Below are positions 50,468-63,700 of a DNA stretch of 64,000 nucleotides, in pieces. The DNA is from Oculina patagonica (lineage: Eukaryota). Within the stretch, counting starts at the first letter, position 1. Each line of letters begins with the position of its first letter. Below the pieces are notes generated by a model. The model ran no database searches. It was not told where the DNA came from and saw only the letters and a program-made list of their open reading frames with translations. A program made the translations under genes and the position numbers. The stretch lies in the NCBI RefSeq assembly GCF_052425735.1, contig NC_135770.1, positions 6,076,001-6,140,000 on the forward strand. Direction: 5' to 3'.

Positions 50468-53400
50468 TTAGGTGACCACATGCAGATCTCCATGTTGCCT
50501 GCGCTTGTTGCGACTGCGCACGACAAGGAAGACAGTTGCGCAGATGGCTAAGGCGACAACACCGCTGACCGCCACGATAATGGCCAAATTGGTCGAGAAA
50601 GACTGGGGCTCATCCTGTTCGTCAGATTCACCTGAAACAAAAACACATTTTACTTCTTATCTTGTTTAAAGATACATCAGCAATTAGATTTGTAAGAGAT
50701 TATTACAGATGATTCCATGTCTTTTGTAACCACCAACAATAAAATCCATCTTAAAATCCATCCTCGTATTTATTTGATTAAAATCTTATTAATTTTATGA
50801 TTAAATTTCATGGAAAATCTATTTTTTTGCAAGTAAAGGTCTGGAGCAGTGTCAGTGGATAAGCCAGAAGTACAATATAGTTTAAGTCCTCTTGAGGTTG
50901 GTGTCCGTTTATCAAACAGCACATTCCTCAAGGATAACCATTCACGTGTCTGATCGTTTCCTAAATGAACAAACCCATGTAAGAAAAGACATTTGTTAAA
51001 CGAAAATGAACTCTACAAACCTTCTTCTTCGTTAACATCTTCCTCTGGTTCCTCTACCCTCTCAAAAATGTAAGGGCCTGATGACACACGATACACCACA
51101 TTTTCATCCACCTGGTCAGCAAGTGAACGCCTTTTACGGGTATCAGGGGCACATTCATCCATAGTAGGGCACTGGCACGCCGTATTGGCCACATCTGCCA
51201 GGCAAACTCTCATATCACAGTGGATGTAAACCCTGGAGCCTGCTGGTTGCCCAAAGTATCGAAACGTGTTGAGCGAGAAGTATTCTCTTGTGCTGTCGTT
51301 TGTACAGGTGTACATCAAAGTGTCGTCCAGGTCGTCACTCACAGCATTGTTACCGCAACTGTGTGGAAAAGACACACAAAAAAATTAATTTGTGGTTCTG
51401 AAAATTTCCTGCGAGGGTTTTCGCGAGCACAATTCACTGATGAATAGATCCATTTTATTTGTGGTTCTGAAAATTTCCTGCGAGTGTTTTCGCAAGCACT
51501 AATCACTGATAAATAGGTTCATTTTATAATCTTGTTACTGTACGTGGCCTTGTCAATCATAAAAAACTGTTCGATCGACAAAATAGATGGCGGAAATTGA
51601 ACGAGCGCGATGAAATTTGTAAGACTACAGTGAGGTTATTGATTTTTTAAGTTGTAGATTTTATGGTGGTTAGAAAGTTGAAAATTGTGAAGGGTTTTTG
51701 TACTGGATGGCAATGTTTGCCTTCCACAAAACGCTCTTTCCATTTTTGGCAACAATTTTGTTCAAGGAGATTTTTTTTAAAATGCTCGACAAAGTCACGT
51801 GACGGGGCTATGCAATCGGCTTATCTCTCCTTCTCTGGGTTGGGAGATTGCTTAGAAACCTAAGGAGGCTGCTTAGCAACATGTACATCACGTGTCAACT
51901 TTCGGGTGAGGTGTCGTGGTATCGTTTAATGTTTGTACTATCGGTTATTTTTTTGGAGCGGGTGGGAGGGTATTTCCTTGCTGTTTTGACTATCATGACT
52001 GTTTTTCCAATAAACTTACCCTTGTTCTATTAAGGTAAATCTATTTTCCATCGACATTGGGTCGGCACTGCTTGACGACCAGCACTGTTCGAGGAAAAGG
52101 TCCAGGTTGGGGTCTGCGCTTTGAGTCAGCACATAAGCCTTGAAATATATTCGGATATTCAGCGCAACTGGGGTGGGTACAGCACCAGTATAATTTTGGT
52201 AGTAGAAAGCGTGAAGCGAAAAGTGGAAAGCACTTGAGCCTAGAAAAAACAAACATAGAACAATCTGTAAGTACGGAAAGACTGATAAAGTTAACATTAT
52301 ATTTATAAATAAAACGAACAAATAAGTGTCACTGTATTTAGCACTATTGTGCTAATTGTGGATACTGTAAATAATNNNNNNNNNNNNNNNNNNNNNNNNN
52401 NNNNNNNNNNNNNNNNNNNNNNNNNNNNNNNNNNNNNNNNNNNNNNNNNNNNNNNNNNNNNNNNNNNNNNNNNNNNNNNNNNNNNNNNNNNNNNNNNNNN
52501 NNNNNNNNNNNNNNNNNNNNNNNNNNNNNNNNNNNNNNNNNNNNNNNNNNNNNNNNNNNNNNNNNCTGATGAGGCTTTTCAGAGTTAAATAAATACATAT
52601 ACTTAAACCTATAAATACATATTGTAAATAAACTATGAATATAATAAAAAACCAAAATTAATTAACCTAAGAATTCCGTTAAAAGTAGACACTACTTTTG
52701 TAAATTGAACATAAACTTGTTAAAAACCCCAACTGGCAGGAGGCTAACCAGTTGGCTATTTACAAAGCGTGGAGGAGTTGAATTTGGGACGACCGAAGAC
52801 AAATCCAGCTAGTTGCAGGAAGGTGGATTTGAACCCGGGGCCACCGAATTACAAGTCCAGCGCCCTACCACTAGGCCACGCTGCCTCTTTAGTTAGTAAA
52901 CGCAGGTTTTGTTCCTGTTTTAAGCGTGTTTCATTTAAAAGTAATCCGAATTTAAGAGTAGCATTTGTTAGATAAAAATAAATTGAAAGTTAAAAAGTAA
53001 CAGACTACAACTAAGAAACTGGATATGTTTCACAAAATTCTAAGAAATTTCTTTTTAGCTTTGTACGGAAAGGGAAGGGTTTGTCAGTAAGGTAGGCTTA
53101 GGGTAGAATTCAAAACGGAGGGTTAAGGTAGGGTTCAGTAGACATTTTTTCTCGCACCAAAAATTTGAACTTCTTCAACTTGACGGTATAAAACAGCAAA
53201 CTTGTAACAGCTATTATGCAAAGAATTAAAAACATTTTTACTTTCTAAAATGCTTTAACAAAAGGACTCATAAGCTTTTGTTTTCAGTAAAAGGTACCAC
53301 ATATATAATTGTAAAGTTGGTATTATTGTAGCCTATGTAAATCTTTTGTATCATCTAAGGACTTTAATAATTTAGCGTAGTTTATTGATTTCTTAATTTA

Positions 53401-53469
53401 TTGTTATTTTCATAAGACACGACCACATCAGCTATTATGCTGCAATATTTATCGTGTATAAATAAAAGC

Positions 53470-53521
<52 letters not shown>

Positions 53522-55291
53522 TGATGCGTTGTCATTGCGGTTCACGATCGGTTCAAAACTTGCCATCGACCTATTTTGATTGTCGTATTCGCACCAAATA
53601 TAGTACATGTGGTCATACGCGCGCAACTGGCCGTTATCAAGGCCGGTTCGTTTTACAGCGTTGACTTTAAGGACGTATTTGATGCTGTTATCAAGCTGTG
53701 TTTCGTTCATAGCACAATCAGGTAGTTTCAGGTAGTTGTAGTTTACTGTCTGACCGTCAAACGTTGGCTCGCATTCGGGATTATTTTGTAGTCGCCATTC
53801 AGTTGTATTCCACGCGTCAATATCATCCACGTTGATGATAGTTATAGAAACCGTGTGGTTATACTTGCAAACAACACTGGCCTCAGGATTAGGAGGGTTA
53901 AAGCCTGAGATTAAGAAAAACAACCAAAAAAGTCAGTAAAAGTCTACGGGAAATTAAGAGAGCTTCCCTCCCTATTATCCTCCAACCTCCATTTATAACT
54001 TTCGCTTTTGAAGATATTAGTACGCCACGTTTCCTCTTTATTGTGAATGTTTTGTATGTGTTAATAAACAGCACTGAAACATGTACAATATGAAGTCCAT
54101 TTTTATGCTCATTCATGCAGCGTGCGGCGAAGCACGCATTGAATGAGAATATTAAAATGGACCAGCTGTAGACGGAAGTTGTTTTTCGTTCCGTGGACGG
54201 AAGTTGTTTTTCCTCCGTGGTCATTTTTATATCTTGTTTTCTAAACAGAAAGCAAACTGAGCGCTTTAAAGGGACCGTGTCACGGATTTTAGCCAAACTT
54301 AGGCATAGGAAATGACCATCAAATTTGTTTAAATGTATAAAATGACCTCTTAAAACAGTGAAGGAATATTTAAATAACACACCAAATGCAAAAGAAGGTA
54401 CGGATGGCCAAAAGTGTCAAATATTGAAACGGATTACGATGTGGGCTTTTGAAATATGGTCCGGCGGAACAGTTTTCAAAGTTAATCTTGTCTGCTTGTA
54501 ACTTTAATTTATGACGCCCAGGAGACACATTTAGCTGCAAGGAAGCTATGGTTTTGTCATTTAGTATCAAAGAATTAATTTCCTTGCAAACATTTAGTTT
54601 CATAGCGAATATTTGGCAAAATGTAATGACATAAAATTAACTTAGCCGTGACATAGTCCCTTTAACATCACAAAATGTGGCCTTGCAGTGATGATATTGG
54701 TAGGCTTAGAGCGGTTTTCACTTGAGTGTCGAAAGTAATTTGCGTTTGCTTTGGTTTTGCATTACTACGCTTAGTGATTGGCTTAAAAATTTCGCGCCAC
54801 TTTCTCAGCCAATCAGGAGTAAAACCAAAACCAATCGTGACTCGCTCGCGCACGTTTTCCCGCGCTTCGTGCCTGCGACATGTATTTGCTTCGAGTTTTG
54901 ATTGGTTCACTGGATTGTCCGCGTCCTTTGTGATTGGCCAGAGTAATTACTTTGGTTTTGGTTTTACGACACTCAATTGAAAACTGCTCTATTGTTCAAA
55001 CCATTGCAATACTTCGTGACTGTAAGAAGCAATAAGACCAGAGGGGTAAAACATAAAAATTCTATTCGCAGGCAAATATTTTATTTGTTCATTTTCTTAA
55101 AAACTGTTTGAAAGTGTCTAATTGGGATCTATATGGGTCAAAAGTCGCTAGGAAGAATTATGTTTCGGGACAAATTGAAAAATAGTTACCAGGAATAAAG
55201 AGAGTCAGAGTGCAAACTAAACTTGTTGAAAGTTACCTTTCACAAGATGGCAGGTGATTGCAAATGACACCAACAGAATAAGGTACTTCAT
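50468..55291 (-). CDS. ZP-module transmembrane protein G5
   Basis: Signal exon 55291-55237 (MKYLILLVSFAITCHLVK-G), ZP-N 53904-53521, 52239-52020, 51358-51021 (RKRRS) and TM exon 50631-50468 (NLAIIVAVSGVVALAICATVFLVVRSRNKRRQHGDLHVVT*). Confidence 0.88.
52376..52565. other. Assembly gap
   Basis: N run preceded by AATAAT. Confidence 0.97.
52718..52887 (-). mobile_element. tRNA-derived SINE
   Basis: Minus strand reads GAGGCAGCGTGGCCTAGTGGTAGGGCGCTGGACTTGTAATTCGG...GGGTTCAAATCC (A and B boxes), then a non-tRNA body. Confidence 0.75.
53470..53519. repeat. (TAT)n microsatellite abutting the G5 ZP-N splice donor
   Basis: About 16 units, read directly. Confidence 0.95.
54270..54661. mobile_element. 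TTAA-flanked TIR element
   Basis: TTAA|AGGGACCGTGTCACGG ... CCGTGACATAGTCCCT|TTAA. An empty paralogous site with a single TTAA lies at about 57723. Confidence 0.85.
54707..54991. mobile_element. MITE with TA ends
   Basis: TAGAGCGGTTTTCACTTGAGTGTCG ... CGACACTCAATTGAAAACTGCTCTA. Absent from the paralogous site at about 57768. Confidence 0.85.
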
Positions 55292-56582
55292 GTTGAATTG
55301 TAAACTTCCACTGATTCCTCAAACACCAGTTCTGTTAAAATGAAAAAAAAAAACAACATGTATAAGCAACAGGCAAAAATACAAACGTAAATAAAAAAAA
55401 ATAGGGCCCTAATGGTCCGTGTGTTCTGCTGGCATAACGTATCAACATTGATAACTGTCTTCGGTTTTTCGGCTTCGTCACGCAAGTTATTATGACATTT
55501 GAAACCTTTAAAAGTCGTAACCCTTGTGCATGCAAAGCAACATGCCAGCTACCGCTGCGTACGTCACAAACCACAATAAGGTCTGTTTCAGCGCGTATAA
55601 ATAGCAAACGTGCAAACTGAAAACAATCCAATATTTTTTTCTGTCGGTAGCTCGTTATGCATTTACTCGGACGTATACAGGATTGGATCTTTGGTTATTT
55701 TTTATTTCACGTTAGCTAACGGGCGGTGAGGGTTTATTTTTTTTTCACTCCACGGAAAAAAAGGCTGATCGCGTATTCGTCGTCGTTAGCAACCACTGCG
55801 TACGTTACGAGCCTCAACTCTGAAAGCAGCTGAAACCCGTCGTACACACACGTACTAATATATAGCGGGACAGAGAGCTCTTAGCAGGAGCCTGGGCTCC
55901 CCATTGTTACGCTCTTTTGTTACAAATTTTGTATTTATGCGCACTTTTTTTGTATCAGAAACCGAGATTTTTTTTGATTTTTGTTTATTTTTATGATGTA
56001 GACTAGTTGATTGTTAAGATAGCAAATTTAACTGATAGATATACCTTTTTACTAAGTCTACAAATAGGAAAGTATCTGCTATCTATTGTTACAGACTTCC
56101 ATTGTTACATCTTTCTATTGTTTTATACATTCCATTCCCTCCTTCGATAGCAATATGTTCTGCTTGGCATTATGCCATTTGGCATAATAGCAGCAGAACA
56201 CAAAAATGATATCTTAAAAGATGAAAGAAAAAAAAAGCGACAACAAAAAAATAAGCGCGAAAAAATTAACTTGAGTGTGAACCAGGCTTTAGTAGGTTGC
56301 AAAGTGGCGTTTATTACTAGAACATTTTATCGATTTTGGAAGGTTTCGCTAACATCAGAACAATTAACATAACTAAAATAATGAATGAAACAACAAAGGA
56401 TAATGAATAATTATAAAAGCGTTTGAGAAAACAGAAAAAAACGCCGAAAACATTTTGAAAAGAAATAGTCAAATTGTTTTAGAATTACAGATTTTAATGC
56501 TGTTCAATCTGACTTACGACACAACAGATCTTTTAAAAAAATATAGAATTGTTAAGAATGCAAAACTCTCTGACTCCTTATT

Positions 56583-56745
56583 TAAATCATGCTTGGTTAG
56601 TGTTTTGAAGCGACCTGTCACCATCAAATCATGCTTGGTAAGTGTTTTAAGGCCGTCCCTAAATTTGATTAAGCGCCCAATTTTGAAGCGACCTGTCACC
56701 ATCAAATCATGCTTGGTAAGTGTTTTGAAGCGACCTGTTACCATA
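56583..56745. repeat. Imperfect tandem repeat, unit about 42 bp
   Basis: AAATCATGCTTGGT(A/T)AGTGTTTTGAAGCGACCTGTCACCATC occurs about three times, with a partial copy near 56836. Confidence 0.85.
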
Positions 56746-59700
56746 GCGATGCATAGTGTTCTTTTGACCTAGAACTAATTAGTGTGTATAGGACACAGCA
56801 GACTTGGAAAGTTCTAGAATTGTAGTGAACGCTTCAAATCATGCTCGGTGAGCCGCGATCTGTTACCATGGCAATACATCTATCTAGATCACCTCACGTG
56901 TTAACACACAGCAATACATTCTCGTATTTGCAACTACATGTATGACAACTAAACGGGGCTTTGTCGCGGATCTTAAGAGATTTTTAACAGCCAAAACTGT
57001 ATTTGTGTCGTAGGAAACCGAAAAATAATGGTTCCTTTTTATTAAAACTTGCTATGTTAGAGCACTGATACAGTTAACAAGCGTTTTCGGCTGTGGATGG
57101 CCAGGATGGAAATGGATTACAACTTGAAAAATTGACTGGGAGGCTAAAGATTTCGTGTTTGTTCCACGCGTCTTCAAAATAAATCAATATTTGTAGCCAT
57201 GGTTTAATCTCTCTCAATCAAGGTGTATCTTTCTTAAGGTGTCAAAGATAATGTTTTTCCGTGGGTTTATTTGTCTACCACTAGTTTTAGAATAGTGTAG
57301 ACCAAAACTCCGTGAAATTCCAGTGACGTTGCTCCTTTAAGGGTTGTCAAGCGTGAAAGCGTTCCGGCAACTTCTTCTTGACTAGCGCAAAAAAAATATG
57401 TCACGATTTGTAGAGGCAAAGGATTCGTTTCATCAAAATGCCATGAATCAACAGCAACCTTAATTATTGTGTAAAACCACAGTTATTAGCGATATTTTGC
57501 TTCTGTTTTCAATGCTCCTCCCGCCTTGTAGTTTCACTTTTTCCGTTTAGCGTATTTGCATTTTGAGATCACGTTATTTTCACACGCTATTATCTTTGGA
57601 CCTAAGGCAATTTACTGACCAGTGGTATTTTAGATAAACTATCAAGTTTCGGTTTATACAACTTGCGTCATATTGGTCAGTTTTATAATCTGGTTTTCTA
57701 AACAGAAAGCAAACTGAACGCTTTAACATCACAAAAGGTGGCTTTTCAGTGTTGATATTGGTAAGCTTGTTGTTCAAACCATAAGTAGGCCACGTGATCG
57801 ATACTCTTAGTGAACATTGCCTAAGGCACAAACCGCAGTATCTGCGGTATGCAAATTGCACCTTATTGACCAAAACACAGTGCAAATGTTTAGCGTCCAC
57901 TAATCAGAAATAATTCAAAATGCTAAAACACTTATAGTCTTTTTTTTTTCTTTCATGAAAAGTCGCACGTCTTCTGTTGAGAATTTTTTTGCAAAGATTT
58001 TGTTATAACTAGAAGTAGCTTTTACTTGAGTGGTTAAGCAAATATAGAAAATGGGGGTGAACAATAGTTAGAATGTATCGGCTCATTCCAAAAAGTGATT
58101 TGTGGATCTGTGGTCATGGATGAGAGCTTAAACAGTGGAAAAACAAACAACAAGTATTTCAATCCGATCAGAAAAAAATGCTTGTACGCCACAATGTTAG
58201 AGACTGTTACATAATCAAAATCATCCATTTTTTAAACAAGTCTAAAACAAACTTCTTGTAAATTAGCCACTAATTTCATTTCAGTTGATGGTCAATTAAT
58301 TCTGCGGTAGACTCAGCAGGAATTTGTTTTTTTTTTTACTGTCAACGTATCACTAAAAGCATTTGAATTTACTCCACTAAACAGCTTGTAATATGGCAAG
58401 ACATCGTAGCCCGTTCATTTTTAACTATTCAAAGAATGAAATGAATAAAGCTAAACTGCGTCAGTGTTCCACTGGATTCAATTGGTTGAATGCCACTCCC
58501 TCCCAAATTTTTTGAACTTAAAAGTTACGGCACATTGTTTTGTTTCATTGCACCTGTAAACCGCAGTTTACCCCGAGAGAAAAAAAGGTGCCTGGCCTAT
58601 CTTTTACGCAAAACAGCACCATCAGCACAAAAGTCCCTGTTGAGCATTCTTGTCTAGTATTAGCTAAAATCCGTTTTCTAAGATTTCGAAGTTTGTGTGA
58701 GCGCTAATGATAATTATCTAAACCGCGTTCAATATTGATAAAACAGTAGTACCGTTTTTCCCTTTCTTGTTCACGTTCAAAAATAAAATTTGCTGTGTGT
58801 TTCTGTATTTTAAAGCTCAACTTTTGAAAAACGGGTTTGCGTTTGCACTTTAAAGGTATGAAAGAATTGCAGTTGAAAAATACACTATAATTTCAATACA
58901 ATGTACAACTTACCAAAGATTGAAACTACAAGCTTTGCACAGGAAACTCGGCTCTGGAAACTATGCAAGGACAGCTTTCCACTGAAAAGAAAGAAACAAG
59001 TTAAAATCTTGTATAGAAACTTGCAGTTAACGCGCATCCAAAAATGATGTTACCTCTCTAAGCTTCGCCGCGAAATGAACTAATATCGTCTTTGCTTATT
59101 AGTTAAGTGTATCCAAACGCGGCATGAACAAAAGGAAACAAATAAACAAATAAAAGTATGCGTAACATTTGATAATTTTCAAAGCATGGCCAAGTTGAAA
59201 CGTCATTGCGCACTTGAATACGTAGGAGTTAAGTATTTTATTGTGTAAATGCTTTCATCTAAGAATTCTAGAAAAAATATTTCTCATATTTTCAATCGAT
59301 GAAATGAATGTTGAACGTTTTACAAACAACCTTTGAATCCACACAGGGTATAAGCGATTTGGTTTCTGAACAAGAACCGCATGCTGTGTTGACGTTATGG
59401 GTCATTTGAATACTCGTGGTCTTCTTATTTATTTAGTTGTTTAGAAGGTTTGTGGCCAGGGTCTGTAGGGTTGATGGGCCAATATAGCCGCGGTGCATTA
59501 AGAGTCCATTTTCTCACATACTAATTACACACAATCAGCCATGCGTTAGGTTATGACACAGCAAACATATTTTCTTGCAAAACTTACGAAGTAAACCTTA
59601 ATCGAACCTATAGGAATGAAGGAGCGGAGAAAAGCCAACACAACTCGACTTAGGGGCCAGGGATTTTTCTTAAAAAAATTAACATCCAATAAGATCATAA

Positions 59701-60779
59701 AACATGCAAAAAGAAGTAATAATTCCTCGCAATAAGGAATATAGTCAAGCCAGTAAGTTTTAGCGTAAATTTAGCGCATGATACATAAATTACATTTTAT
59801 CATAGGGAGTCAGGATTTTCGGACCGTTCTTTATCAGAGTGAGAATTAAGTTTAGTGACATGCGCCTAGTTGGATTTTTGCTGCTTATTAAAATAAATTA
59901 ATCAAACCCCAAACGAAACGAAATAGACTGGCTTCAACAGAGAATCAAAAGACACGGAAAAATATTCGAGCCTAAAGTTCTTTAAAAATGCGCAAAGTGA
60001 AATACATTATGCTTAAACTGGCTTAGCTGGACCAGTGCTAAACTAGTTTCACTTGGTTTAATATTAATGCCACTCCCTTTCAAAAAAAACTTCAAGAACC
60101 AAATTTTACAGCAGCTGAGATTTTTTAACAATTTGCTAGTGCTGTAAAAAAACGCAGTTGGCCATTGAAATGCCTCTAAATAGCAAGATGGCATCACATG
60201 AATCACTGAATAAGATCTAAGATCAACAGATTTAGATAGATTGCATTTCAAAGATTTAATCGCATTTCAACGATCTAGACGGATAGAGGAATTGATAAAA
60301 CTTTTTTGCGCTTTTTTCTTGTTGACGCTCCAAACTGCATTGACAATTTGGCAATGTGGAAAACAGTGTTTAAAGCCCATCTTTTGGAAAACTGAATTGC
60401 TCTTGCCCTTTCTATGAAATAATTCAAAAACAAGAATGTCACGCTTTCTGCATTAGATAACTTACCAAAGTTTGAATGTACTTCGCTAACGATTCTGCTC
60501 CAAAAACTCAGCACAGACAACTGGCTACTAAAAAGAAACAAAAAAATTGTCCTAATGTTTAATTCCTGTTTGGAAACAAAGGGTAAGCGTGCATCCAAAA
60601 TGTTATTACCTCTCCAAGCCTCGCTGCGAAATAAAGTACAAAGTTTTTGCTTTGCTGATTTTTTAAGGGGCCGATGTGGTATAAAAAAAAAATCAATGAA
60701 ACAAAAGTACGCACGTCATTACACACTTAGCAACTGGGAGTAAAAAATGCGATCATGTATGCAATTCTAAGAAACAAAC

Positions 60780-63700
60780 AAAAGCACGTATTCCAAGAAA
60801 CAAAAGCATGTTTTCGAAGTAAGTTCGAGTAAAAACGTCATTAAACACTTATCAAACGGGAATAAAAAATGACATTGTGTATGCAATTTCATCCAAGGAT
60901 TCCAGAAAAAAAAATTGTTTATTTAAAAACGAAATCCAAGCACGGCCATACAGGCATTCTTACTGTAATGTTCTATCTAATTCTTCGAGTTATATGTTTG
61001 CATGATTTGACAGATTCCTTCTGGCGTTGTCTGCCAAGTCTTCAAGTTTTTTTTTTTTTTTGCTTGTCTGGCTTTGGAAGGTCTGCAAAATCACTTGAAT
61101 AATTATTAACAACTTAAATACATACAGGAGAAAATGAAAGAAAGAGCCAGAAATAAAACGCCAGCCATCGCCTTTTCTTTATCACTGAAGAACATAATAC
61201 AAATTATCTCAACTTGCTGATGGGGTTTTGATTTAAATTTTTTTGAAAATAATTAGGACCATATTATTTGAAATTCATGGTAAATTGGCTCTCCAAATCG
61301 CCAGAACCAATCGTAACCAATGAAGATGTAAATAAACAGCTGATTCAAGTAATATATCAATTAGATTATGGGGTTTTTATTTGTCCTGCATACTGCTAGG
61401 ATCAGCAGTGTCGAAATCATCAAATTTGTAATCATCATCATTTGAAATCATCAAATTTGTCGAAATCATCAAATTTCCATCAAATTTGATGATTTCGACA
61501 CTGCTGATCACAGCAGTATGCAGGACGCGTGTCACTTATCAACCTAGTAAATGGCCTAGCTCACAGCGAGTCTCACGTAGCTCAGTTGGTTAGAGCGCCC
61601 AACTGGTATCTGGGAGGCCATGGGTTCGATTTCCGTCGGGGACTCAGATTTTTTCTTTGTCCCACGCTCGTGTCATGTAGAATAATTTCTTTACTAATAT
61701 TTAGATTTATTCTAAAGGCAGGTTGTTGTACTCGAGTGCTTCCATCTTTGCGTTCAATTGTGGATTTCTTATCAGCAGGGCTTTCAGCGACTTGGTGTAC
61801 TTGTAAATCACTCAGGGAAATACCGCATTCCAGCGCAATGAAAAAATGAAATCAAAAATCCACCCACCAAAATAAAATTTACAATGGAATCCAAATTTCT
61901 CGAACCTCCAACGAAACCGGAAAATTGGTTCGAAAAATCAAGGTATTCAAGAAATCGGAGGTAAATGTGAAGTTTTTGATTTTGGTTCGAATTATCGGGA
62001 GGTCTCGAGTAATCGACATTCCACAACATTTCAAAATGCTCGAGGAATCAGCGCACTACTATTTCAGTTTTAGCACATGCTTTATCGAGTTATAGGACGC
62101 GCAACGATTTCTTGCACGTTTTATAAAGGGATTAATTAACTTGTTCCTCGTACTTTGTTGAGTTATAATTAAAAGTACAGTACTTGTAAATTTTTAAGAA
62201 TACTCGAGAAGTGCGAGAAGCACTCAACTGGCCTTGGCGTGCTAGTTTGTGCACGTCCTTCGTGTTCCTAAAATTTCCCACGTGCTCATTTAATTCAACG
62301 TTCAATATTCACTAACTAAATTAAGGTACATCATTGTCTAAATTGTAAGCCTGGGCCAAGACAAGAAGGGGAATATTAATACGTTCAGAATTAGCTCTCG
62401 TTTGGCTCGGCTAAGACCCTAACAAACACTCGGCAACTTTCGTGCAGTCTTGTGCGAACCCGTTAAATTCGAAACTATTCAGATTTTTCTTTTAAGTCGT
62501 CGAGATTTTTCTCTTGCTTTGCCACGTTCGATAAGACTCGATGAACACTCGCAGTTCTAAAGTTTGTTCTGTGGAAAAAAATAACTACTTGAAGACCCAT
62601 GAAAAGTTGCCGAGGATCACGAAAGTTCCTTAGTTACAAGATTACAGCACCAAAGAATGGCAGGCTCTGTAACGCTTTTATTTTCGTTTTATGATGGAAA
62701 TGTAAATTCCTCTTAACGGCTTCCGTACATCTTTCTTAATCTTCGTGGTAAGAATTTGGTATATTATTTTAAGAAATCAGATTATACTTTACAATTGCTT
62801 AAACAACCAACTATGAAAGACTCGAAAGATTGAAAGAGTCTTGTTTAGTCTGTGCTCTAAAGTGGTCGATGTAGCTCGATGAAGTATAAACAAAAGAAAT
62901 CCAAGAAACAAAAGCATTCTTTGGACGCAAGTTCAAGAAAGAACGTCATTACACACTTAGCAAACGGGAATAAAAAATGACATTATGTATGCAATTCCAT
63001 CCAAGGATTCTAGAAAAAAAAAATTGGTTATTAGAAACAAAATCCAAACACGGCCATACAGGCATTCTTACTGTATTTTCTATCTTATTCTTCGAGTTAT
63101 ATGTTATGCATGATTTGACTGATCCTTTCTGGCGGCGAATGACAAGTCGTTCAAAGTTTTATTTATTTTTTTCGCTTGTCTGCCTTAAGAAGGTCTGCAA
63201 TATCATTTGAATAATTATTAAACGCTTAAATACCTACAGGGCAAAATGAAAGAAAAAAACAGAAACATAAACGCCAACCATCGCTTTTTCGTAACCACTG
63301 AAGATGTAAACAAATAGCTGATTTCAGAAATATATCAATTTGTTTATGGGTTTTGATTTAAAGCTTCTCAGCTTGAAAATAAAAACGAGCTTAGTATAGA
63401 TCATATTATTGAGTACTGTAATTAATGCAACTGAAAGTAATCGAAAACTGATAAAATTCATGGTTAATTTGTTCCATTTTAAACATAGCCATGTTGATTA
63501 ACAGCGAACTCATATTTATTTCGTTTTATACAACATATCAACTTTTTGTTGCATGTTTAATATATTTACACTCGTTTTAAAGGCTGGTTGTTGTACTCGA
63601 GTGCTTGCATCTTTGCGTTCAATTCATGTGTTGAGTTCTTATCAGCAGGGCTTTTAGTGACTTGGTGTACTTGTAAATCACTCAGGGAAATACCGCATTC

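Noticed and set aside
52566-52590. CTGATGAGGC next to the gap as a possible second hammerhead
   Set aside because: No GAAA box or closing stems follow, and the upstream sequence is missing.
53898-54380. 160-aa minus-strand ORF
   Set aside because: Lies in a G5 intron, starts inside a transposon and has no domain features.
56583-56745. Regularly spaced repeats resembling a CRISPR array
   Set aside because: Eukaryotic context, no unique spacers and no cas genes; an ordinary minisatellite.
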